Assembly (NCBI GenBank): GCA_048886185.1
Contig: JBHLKY010000005.1
Location: 86,901 to 118,900, forward strand
Reading direction: 5' to 3'
Length of the DNA stretch: 32,000 bases
Origin: Candidatus Hermodarchaeota archaeon
GTDB lineage: Archaea; Asgardarchaeota; Heimdallarchaeia; Hodarchaeales; Hodarchaeaceae
Shown here piece by piece: positions 19,901 to 27,345 of this stretch. The translations under genes and the position numbers were made by a program. Numbering within the stretch: the first letter of the stretch is position 1; every line of letters begins with the position of its first letter. The notes beneath the pieces were generated by a model. That model did not search any database. It was not told where the DNA came from and was given only the letters and a program-made list of their open reading frames with translations.

Positions 19901-19996
19901 TTTTACTCTACACCATTAATTCTCTCCATGTGTAGCGGCACCCACTGCCACCACGGATACCTGTTTACAGGAGTAATGAAAAATATAAGCTTTTCT
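19901..19996 (-). promoter_or_regulatory. aor promoter and structured 5' leader
   Basis: Minus strand: BRE-like AGAAAA + GCTTATATTT (19996-19981), palindrome CCTGT-AA-ACAGG (19971-19960), GC-rich hairpin (19957-19925), GGTG RBS-like site (19914-19911). Confidence 0.6.
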
Positions 19997-20095
19997 TGTA
20001 GAAATGGAATTGAGGAAAGTTAAGTATTTTCTCTTATCATTATAGAATATTAATTTATTAAGAGGACCTGATTTCCCCAGGAGCTCAGATTCTGT

Positions 20096-20749
20096 ATGGA
20101 AGAAGATATTTTTTATCTCCTAAAAATACCATCAGAGGAAATTATGAAAGTGGTGTTACAGGAGGCATTAAGAGATTTAACAATTACACCTGAGGAACAG
20201 GTATTAATCGCTGGAATAGAACATGATTTATCAGTCACTTCAGAAAAAATACCCAATTTAAAGGCAAATGATTTCTTTTCAAAGAATGAGATCCAAATTC
20301 TATTGATAAAACAAAGACGAATCTTAAAAGAAATTGTAACAAACACTTATAAGCGAGCCGAGGCAGATGGAAAGATAAGTTCTGATGAAATGAATATTTA
20401 TCGTGCTCTCCTTCATCAAGTTGATGAGATTACTGCGAGAAAGATTCATATGTTCATGAATCTAGATAATGATACTAAGAAATCGCATTTACTTGAGTTA
20501 TATGACAAAATTGGGACAAAATTTTCTAGTTTAACAGCAACAATCATTATGGATATATTTTCAGAGAAAGTAAAAGAACTTGAAGAAGATTATAGCATTC
20601 ATGATGTAATTAGGGAATTCTCTTCTGATGATACTAATAAAGAGTTTGTCTCAAGATTTAAAACTTTTTTATTAGAGCTAAGCCAAATTCCATTGGAAAA
20701 TCCAAGTGACATTCTTAGCAGTATGGATCAAATAATGGATAAAATGTAA
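20096..20749 (+). CDS. Hypothetical acidic helical protein with TerB/EF-hand-like loops
   Basis: LRDLTITPEE and EADGKISSDE, each between amphipathic helices; divergent from aor. Confidence 0.6.
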   Translation: MEEDIFYLLKIPSEEIMKVVLQEALRDLTITPEEQVLIAGIEHDLSVTSEKIPNLKANDFFSKNEIQILLIKQRRILKEIVTNTYKRAEADGKISSDEMNIYRALLHQVDEITARKIHMFMNLDNDTKKSHLLELYDKIGTKFSSLTATIIMDIFSEKVKELEEDYSIHDVIREFSSDDTNKEFVSRFKTFLLELSQIPLENPSDILSSMDQIMDKM

Positions 20750-20756
20750 AGAAAAA

Positions 20757-21002
20757 TTAAGAACCACCGCCAACAGGTGGAAAAATCGCAACTACATCTT
20801 CTCCATTCAGCTTCTCTTGTAATTCTTGAATATTCCCATTAATCATTATTATTTTTGCTTGATCTTCGGAAATCTTAAGTTTCCTTAATAATGTAGCAAC
20901 GTTGGCGTCTTCTTCGAGAGTGACAGGGAAACTGTCGCCTAATTTGATATCAATTGGCCCGTATTTTCTAAGAGTAGCAAATAATTTTACCATTACAATC
21001 AT
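20757..21002 (-). CDS. moaD: MoaD/ThiS family sulfur-carrier (ubiquitin-like) protein
   Basis: VKLFATLR N-terminus, IMING, EDVVAIFPPVGGG, followed by one extra Ser before TAA. Confidence 0.88.
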   Translation of the reverse strand: MIVMVKLFATLRKYGPIDIKLGDSFPVTLEEDANVATLLRKLKISEDQAKIIMINGNIQELQEKLNGEDVVAIFPPVGGGS

Positions 21003-21017
21003 TTGAGTAAATTTCCT

Positions 21018-21350
21018 TTAATAATAATCGCTTTCATTTTTAGGTCTTTTTGTTATAAATCCATGACCTTTAAGATGTTGGCCCCCACATAAAAGGTACA
21101 TACCCGTTGGAAATAACCCAATTCGTGCTCCTTTTGGTATAATTGAATTTGGATTAGAAATGCTTCCATTGCTAAAAATCTCTCCACATTCATTTAACTT
21201 AATATCAAGACGATCTAATAGCTGAAATATTTTCTCTCCCTCAATGTACGGAAGCCAGAGGATCGTATCCTCTGCGAATGAAGCATTTGGGTCAATCTTT
21301 TTTTTTAATGAACCATATAAGTGAATCTCAATCATTATTATACGACTCAA
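21018..21350 (-). CDS. MoaD/ThiS-like beta-grasp protein with C-terminal extension
   Basis: IEIHLYGSLKK, FQLLDRLDI, IFSNG, ARIGLFP match the ThiS/MoaD pattern; then GMYLLCGGQHLKGHG.... Start may be ATG 21335. Confidence 0.7.
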   Translation of the reverse strand: MSRIIMIEIHLYGSLKKKIDPNASFAEDTILWLPYIEGEKIFQLLDRLDIKLNECGEIFSNGSISNPNSIIPKGARIGLFPTGMYLLCGGQHLKGHGFITKRPKNESDYY

Positions 21351-21477
21351 TATTAGATTGACCTAGCTTTTCTTATTTTGAAAAATATTCTCTTGCAGAT
21401 AAAATTTGTATAATTCTTTAACCTTTCTTACTTAAGGATTACAAAGTTAAAGATGAGTAATCTCTTGAAAACCTAAG

Positions 21478-21705
21478 TCATTCAGATTCGTCGATATCAT
21501 CCATTGAAGGAAATTCGAAAAGATCAGGCTCAAGATCGAAAAGACCGATCTCGAATTTGTCTATGAATAGGTCTATGATAGCTTGGCGAACTATATCTTC
21601 TCTTGAGGAATAGTAACCACGTTCAATAAGCAGATCCATGTACTCTACTAAACTAGTAGCAATGTTTGTGGATAATTTTACAGTCTTAGACTCATTATTT
21701 TCCAA
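21478..21705 (-). CDS. Ribbon-helix-helix (CopG/Arc/MetJ) transcriptional regulator with acidic tail
   Basis: VKLSTNI strand, SLVEYMDLLIERGYYSSREDIVRQAI helices; GAGGT RBS before the TTG start. Confidence 0.85.
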   Translation of the reverse strand: MENNESKTVKLSTNIATSLVEYMDLLIERGYYSSREDIVRQAIIDLFIDKFEIGLFDLEPDLFEFPSMDDIDESE

Positions 21706-21918
21706 AAGGGGAACCTCATTGTTATGTTATTTATCTTGGTGATGATAAAAGAAACTAACTATTGTATCATGAGTTACATTTAAACATATAAACTTTTCTC
21801 GGAAAATTTTTCTAAAGAGATTCTAATTCTGTAATTTGTTCACTCCTTCAATAATTCCCTTCCTCAATATAAATTTTCATGCTTTATTCGAATAAACTGC
21901 TTTAAACTGTAGAAGAAG

Positions 21919-22542
21919 TTAGGAATATAACTTTATTAAGGTAAACTCTTCTCCATAGGCTTTTACAATTTGACCAGATGAATTTCGGAACTGATGATAG
22001 AGAAGAGCTTCATATCCTAATGGAGATATCGAAAACTTTTCTTCAGAGTCAACTTCAATCTGCTTCAGAATCTTTAGTAACACTTTAACGAATATTTCTT
22101 TCTCAGATACATTCAATTCGATTGATTCACTCGTTCCACTTTTAATATACCAAAATTTGATTGTTATTGATACTCCTTCTTCAGATATTTTACTAGGTGA
22201 AATCTCTGACAATAATGTTTCTAATATGCTTAATGTAAAAGTATCGTCTCGATCTCTAGGCGTCTCACCAGAAATGGCAATTTTACTTGATACTTCAGTT
22301 TCCCTAATAGTAGGTGCAACCTCTATTTGTTCTTCTAATAGGTCTGAGCAATGCCGTAACAACGAGGTAGTGGAAATTGACATCTCTTCTAATGCCTTAA
22401 GTATTCCAATAATTGTCGGATTTGTTATAAGGGAACTTAATCGAGCATAAGCTTGGGTTGAAATGCTTTCATGTTTTCGAATTTCATTGAGCATTTCAGA
22501 AAAATTTTGGGTAGTTTCAAGCTCTTTCAATCGTTCAAGCAT
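21919..22542 (-). CDS. Hypothetical protein: N-terminal helical region + C-terminal UFM1/ubiquitin-like beta-grasp domain
   Basis: Residues 124-207 align by eye with eukaryotic UFM1 (see findings). The ORF itself is secure; the domain call is inference. Confidence 0.6.
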   Translation of the reverse strand: MLERLKELETTQNFSEMLNEIRKHESISTQAYARLSSLITNPTIIGILKALEEMSISTTSLLRHCSDLLEEQIEVAPTIRETEVSSKIAISGETPRDRDDTFTLSILETLLSEISPSKISEEGVSITIKFWYIKSGTSESIELNVSEKEIFVKVLLKILKQIEVDSEEKFSISPLGYEALLYHQFRNSSGQIVKAYGEEFTLIKLYS

Positions 22543-22699
22543 AACGTTTCACATTCCTTGTTCTAATTAATTTTCAGTTACGGCAGTGGATTATTTATAA
22601 AATTAATTTATTAGAATCTATGTTAATTTCATGGGTTTGCACTAGGTTAAAAATATGTAGTATATTTAAGTTTATCAGAAACAGAGGTAGATTGAAGGA

Positions 22700-24463
22700 A
22701 TGAATCAGATATCCTCCAAGAATAATGATCTTGATACTGAACTTCTTAATAAAATACCAGCTGGAATAGTTATCTTAGATAGGAATGATAATCAACCTGT
22801 TTTCGCGAACAGAAAAATCAGAGATGATTTGAAACTACAAGATGAACAAGAATTGAGTAAAGAACTCTTCCTCGATTTTCTAGCTCCTTCAGAAAGGCAG
22901 AGATTCATTGAAATTTCTCGTTCTGAAATTCAACCTGGAATAAGTGAATGGAAAAGCCTTACACTAACAGGAAAAGAAACATGGACTCAACTAAGAGTGG
23001 CTCCGATAAGTGAAAAATATTTATTAGTTATTGTCAGAAATATTGGTAAGATTCAGGAAATTTTAGAAGAATTAAATGTAATAGAGGCTAAATATCAAGC
23101 TCTAGTTGAACGAGATCCTAATTTTTTATTCATCTTAAAAAATGGTGTTTTTGAGTATTATAACAAAGCCTTCATTAACAAATTAGGCTACAGTAAAGAT
23201 GAAATCGAGAAACATAGAAGTATGCCAACTTTCTTTGTAGCTCCAGATGATCGTGAGAAAATCGCAAGATTTTTGTTAAAGAGTAAAAGAGATTTAATTA
23301 CTGGAGTCATTCCAAGAGAGAAAGACAATTTTAAGAGATATAACCAACCTGATGAAACTACAGAATTTAACTTAATGCGCCAAGATGGTTCTTATATTCC
23401 TGTCCATGCTATTGTAAAACGGGTATATTCTGGAAAGGATATATTTATTCAGGGTGTCCTAATTGATTTATCCTCAATAAAAGAGTTACAAGACATGAAG
23501 TTGGATTTTTTAGCAATGACTCAACATCAATTTCGGTCACCCCTTCTAAATTTAAAAGGTTATTTAGACTTTTACAAGAAAAGAGTTAAGGATGGAATTA
23601 GTACAGAGGAAAAAGAAGCACTAGGAACGAAACTTATTGAAATATTTGGTCGAAATGTTAACCAATTAGTTTCTATAACTAAAGACCTCAATGATGTAGC
23701 TCTAATACAACGGGAGAAATTCAAGTGTAATCTACGGGGAGAAAACTTTAATCCGATTTTGCAGCAAGTTATTGAGGATTTAGAGTTTTTAATACGGAAT
23801 TATCGCATTGATCTTATCGTAAAATATCCATCTAATCCCTGTATTGTCAATCTTGATAGAGACCGTATTTCACAAGCACTAAGTAATGTTTTAGAAAATG
23901 CTATCAGATTTACTGGCCATGGGATTATTGAAATAGATGTCACTGTTGAGAAAGATGGACAATTCTTGAAAGTTACCGTAATTGACAATGGAGTAGGGAT
24001 TGATTCTACAAATCTTGAGAATATAGGGAAACCTTTTATGACATTTCATCCCTCAGCAAGTCGTTTGGGATTAGGTCTTTATCTTACTCAAGAGATCATT
24101 AATGCTCATGGTGGATCTTTCCATATAACATCTCCAGGTTTCAATCAGGGAACAAGTGTAACGATTAAGTTACCTCTTTTGGTTCCGCTCGATAAGGATG
24201 TTATATCTCTTCATTCAATGACAGAAAGTTCATTAAACCAAATAATCAGAATAGCTAAAACATCTGAAAATATGTTAAAAAGACTGGAAGCTGTACATCA
24301 ATTAGGAAATGGCACTTATAGCGATATTGAACTAGAAGACGTCATTTCCGCTTTAGAACAAGTTATTTTATATGATAGAGATCGAACTATTAGAAATCTA
24401 GCAGGGAAGTTCTATTCACAGATAGTTGAAAAGAAAGAGAATGCGATATCAGATGCATCTTAA
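22700..24463 (+). CDS. Cytoplasmic PAS-PAS sensor histidine kinase with C-terminal HEAT-like extension
   Basis: Two PAS starts (IPAGIVILD...VFAN; DPNFLFIL...YYNKAF..LGYS), H-box HQFRSPL, N-box NVLENAIRFT, DNGVGI, GLGLYL; no TM segment. Confidence 0.92.
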   Translation: MNQISSKNNDLDTELLNKIPAGIVILDRNDNQPVFANRKIRDDLKLQDEQELSKELFLDFLAPSERQRFIEISRSEIQPGISEWKSLTLTGKETWTQLRVAPISEKYLLVIVRNIGKIQEILEELNVIEAKYQALVERDPNFLFILKNGVFEYYNKAFINKLGYSKDEIEKHRSMPTFFVAPDDREKIARFLLKSKRDLITGVIPREKDNFKRYNQPDETTEFNLMRQDGSYIPVHAIVKRVYSGKDIFIQGVLIDLSSIKELQDMKLDFLAMTQHQFRSPLLNLKGYLDFYKKRVKDGISTEEKEALGTKLIEIFGRNVNQLVSITKDLNDVALIQREKFKCNLRGENFNPILQQVIEDLEFLIRNYRIDLIVKYPSNPCIVNLDRDRISQALSNVLENAIRFTGHGIIEIDVTVEKDGQFLKVTVIDNGVGIDSTNLENIGKPFMTFHPSASRLGLGLYLTQEIINAHGGSFHITSPGFNQGTSVTIKLPLLVPLDKDVISLHSMTESSLNQIIRIAKTSENMLKRLEAVHQLGNGTYSDIELEDVISALEQVILYDRDRTIRNLAGKFYSQIVEKKENAISDAS

Positions 24464-27164
24464 TGTTCTTCTGCCCTTTATTCAAGAAAAGCCTCCAATG
24501 TCAATAATCCCCGCGTTACCAATTAAAGTGCAAATTCGCATTATTAGAGAGGTAATTCAATCGTTAGAGAACTCTAACTACCATAAACGAAATTTTTATT
24601 TTGATATATTTTCCCAGATAAGAGATGGAGGGCTTATTGATTTCCTTACTCAGAATGGGGAGAATTTAGCAGATAATTATTGGAAATATAAGAGAATTGG
24701 CTTTTTCTATTATCCCAGGTTAGTTATTAATGAATTATTTACCAAAAAGGACTCCTTAACAATCTTAATAGCAATCAGAAATGCCCTGAATTCAGATTCT
24801 ATAGACTGGATCTGTTTAATTTGCCAAAAATCTACCTTTATCTTTACATTATCAATGAATGACTTTTTACTTTGGTCTCCTATCATTAAAGGCCTAGTAT
24901 CGTACTTTTTAGTTTCGATATTTATTGATAGCTCTGTTTTAGAAGCATTTGATGATACTGAGAGGCGGACTCTTCTAGAAAAAGAAAAATCATGCTTGCT
25001 TAGGTTCATGAAGCACTGGTTTAGAAAAAACACATCTATAGTAAAAAATAAGGATCAATTTGTTGAGCAATTTTTTTTGCAAATGTTTACCTTTTTATAT
25101 GTTCAGGAAGAGTTGTTAGACAATCTAAATGATCAATTGATCTCTTTTCCTAACATCGACAATCCTAATGATATTGAAAAAATCAATTCTCATATTTTAA
25201 CAATTTTTAATAAACAAGATAAACGTTTCACACATAATTCCTTTTTGGAACCTTCTGAAAATTTCATCTACTCAAGTATTGTGGGTAATTTTACCTTAGC
25301 AGATAAAACATGGATTCTAGATATTCATCCCCTCATTTTTCTGGAAATTATCCCACAGATGAAAAATAAATCAGGTTTACAAAAATCTGGAGAATATTAT
25401 ACACCAATTACATTAGCTGAAACTATAGTGTTCCGTACATTTGAGGCTTTTTTACTACAAGATCAAAAAATCCCCTTAAATAGCCTAAAAGTATTTGATC
25501 CAGCCATTGGAGCTGGTATTCTTTTGATATTTTCCCTAGAACGGCTAAGTAACCTTATTTTATCAAGATCCTATTCAGAAAGCTCTTTTATCGATTTAAG
25601 AAGAAAAATTCTTCAATCATGCATTTATGGTCAAGACATTAACCAAGATACAATCAAAATCTGTAGTTATTTCTTAAAATTATTCTGTATATACGATATA
25701 GACAATGATAAAGTATTAGAGAATTTAAATCGAGTAGATTTCTTTGAATCGTTTGTTAAAAACATAGAATTCAATAAAACATTTCCGAAATATGATATTA
25801 TACTTTCAAATCCACCATATCTTGCATTACATAGTCGTTTCACTAGAAAATTTCCCTCTTCAAAAGAATTAAAGATTATTAGGGATAATTTGCCCGTATT
25901 CAGTGGGAAAAGGGATAATACTTATTTAATCTTTCTTGGAATCTGCTTAAAGCATTATTTAACCTTATATGGAGTGTTAGGATTTGTAATTGATCATTCT
26001 TTTTTAGATCTACCTTCTTATAGAAATATTCGTAAATATCTTCTTCAGAATTACCATTTAAGTTATATTTTGGCGTACTATAATTATAAGAAGACAGCAG
26101 TTGTTGATTTAGCCCTTATAATAATTAATCATATTAGAACTAAAAAACAAACTTTATGGCAAGAATCTTTAAAAGACAAGTCAAGATTAATACCACAGAA
26201 TTTCTTTTTTTCACATCCTAACTTCATCTTCAAATACCAAGAAACATTCTTTTTTCTTCCTCACCTTAATAAGAAAACTGTGCCCCTCGGAGAATTAGCA
26301 TCTATTAGCTGTGGTTTAGAATATGGTGGTTTACTTAAAACTCATTTCTTGGCTTCAAAAAGAGAGAAAGGATTTTATAAGTGCATAGATGGGTCAAATG
26401 GTTTACCACAACCGTACATTCTTTTTTGGGTACCTGAACAGCAAAATTCATACGTTAGATTTGATAAAATGTATGAGAAAAACCTTCAGGATACAAATCA
26501 AAATGTTTCACAAACAGGAAAAAAAGTTATTATGATTTCAGGAAATTTAAATCGATTTTTAACGAATAAAATTATATTAAGACAAACAGCCTCCAAATTT
26601 ATTGGAACTATTGACGAAAAAAAGTATTTGACACTAAGAAACACTCATTTGATTTATGATCCCAAACCACCTTATTCTCTTTATTTTATTTTAGGTATTT
26701 TAAACTCCTTTTTGGGAAATTTAATTGGTGAACAGCAAAATATAATCCGAAAACCTCGAAGAAAGTCTAGTCGCTATCCTCAAATTCGATTAAATGATTT
26801 ATGTAAATTTCCAATTATAGATCTGAATAAATTAGATAATAAATTATTGGTCGAACAGCTTGAAAACGCAACAAAAGAATGTTTGAAGATAGGAAAATCA
26901 ATTACAGAAATCTTAACTAATTTTTGGGATATATTTCATGAATTAGGAATAGTATTCAAATCTCAACGACAATTTCTAAGAATATGTCTGAATAAAAATG
27001 ATTTTGCGCGAATTATACCAGGATTTCATTTGAATAAAGTAAAAATATGGGAATCAATTCTTCAAAAAGAAATTAGAAGGTTATCAGTTCAAAAAAAGGA
27101 AATAGATTCCATTGTTTTTTCGTTATACGGTATTCCACAGCAGGATCGCGGGCTAATAGAGTGA
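24453..27164 (+). CDS. N6-adenine DNA methyltransferase, gamma class (Eco57I/TaqI-like) with C-terminal target-recognition domain
   Basis: GEYYTP (motif X), FDPAIGAG (motif I), NPPY (motif IV), KIILRQT...ILGILNS TRD pattern, EIDSIVFSLYG. Start set at ATG 24453, which overlaps the kinase stop. Confidence 0.88.
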   Translation: MHLNVLLPFIQEKPPMSIIPALPIKVQIRIIREVIQSLENSNYHKRNFYFDIFSQIRDGGLIDFLTQNGENLADNYWKYKRIGFFYYPRLVINELFTKKDSLTILIAIRNALNSDSIDWICLICQKSTFIFTLSMNDFLLWSPIIKGLVSYFLVSIFIDSSVLEAFDDTERRTLLEKEKSCLLRFMKHWFRKNTSIVKNKDQFVEQFFLQMFTFLYVQEELLDNLNDQLISFPNIDNPNDIEKINSHILTIFNKQDKRFTHNSFLEPSENFIYSSIVGNFTLADKTWILDIHPLIFLEIIPQMKNKSGLQKSGEYYTPITLAETIVFRTFEAFLLQDQKIPLNSLKVFDPAIGAGILLIFSLERLSNLILSRSYSESSFIDLRRKILQSCIYGQDINQDTIKICSYFLKLFCIYDIDNDKVLENLNRVDFFESFVKNIEFNKTFPKYDIILSNPPYLALHSRFTRKFPSSKELKIIRDNLPVFSGKRDNTYLIFLGICLKHYLTLYGVLGFVIDHSFLDLPSYRNIRKYLLQNYHLSYILAYYNYKKTAVVDLALIIINHIRTKKQTLWQESLKDKSRLIPQNFFFSHPNFIFKYQETFFFLPHLNKKTVPLGELASISCGLEYGGLLKTHFLASKREKGFYKCIDGSNGLPQPYILFWVPEQQNSYVRFDKMYEKNLQDTNQNVSQTGKKVIMISGNLNRFLTNKIILRQTASKFIGTIDEKKYLTLRNTHLIYDPKPPYSLYFILGILNSFLGNLIGEQQNIIRKPRRKSSRYPQIRLNDLCKFPIIDLNKLDNKLLVEQLENATKECLKIGKSITEILTNFWDIFHELGIVFKSQRQFLRICLNKNDFARIIPGFHLNKVKIWESILQKEIRRLSVQKKEIDSIVFSLYGIPQQDRGLIE

Positions 27165-27225
27165 AACTTCAAAATAAAGAAATTATTACAAGGAAAGAAT
27201 TGGCAAGAATTAATATTTAAAATTT

Positions 27226-27330
27226 ATATAACACTAATTCTGATTAAAAAAAGAATTAATTCTTAAATAAAAAAAGTTTCAATATAACACTAATTCTATC
27301 TTGAAGATAGAATAATATTTCTATCAAGAG
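27226..27330 (+). repeat. Direct and inverted repeat cluster upstream of the S8 protease
   Basis: ATATAACACTAATTCT at 27226-27241 and 27282-27297; perfect palindrome AAGAATTAATTCTT at 27251-27264; TTCTATCTT-G-AAGATAGAA at 27294-27312. Confidence 0.65.
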
Positions 27331-27345
27331 AACGAGACGAGTATC

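Noticed and set aside
19901-19975. Canonical Moco/Tuco riboswitch, tRNA or SECIS element
   Set aside because: Too short for the multi-stem Moco motif and I could not find its conserved purine-rich 3' segment; no cloverleaf; no in-frame TGA in aor.
19928-20023. 31-aa Cys/His-rich ORF (MCSGTHCHHGY...) on the + strand
   Set aside because: Runs antisense through the aor promoter with no RBS or promoter of its own; its Cys/His codons are the complement of the GC hairpin. Ribosome profiling would be needed to keep it.
24426-24452. ORF-track start for the methyltransferase at TTG 24426
   Set aside because: Would overlap the kinase by 38 nt; ATG 24453 gives a typical short coupling overlap.
2057-25033. 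Short ORFs nested in or antisense to long genes (e.g. 2057..2263, 4815..5021, 9079..9291, 12123..12431, 17552..17824, 19131..19415, 22157..22450, 23800..23988, 24710..25033)
   Set aside because: All overlap well-supported CDS and show no motifs of their own.
27226-27330. CRISPR mini-array or IS terminal repeats
   Set aside because: Only two 16-bp copies, no cas genes, no transposase or target-site duplication.
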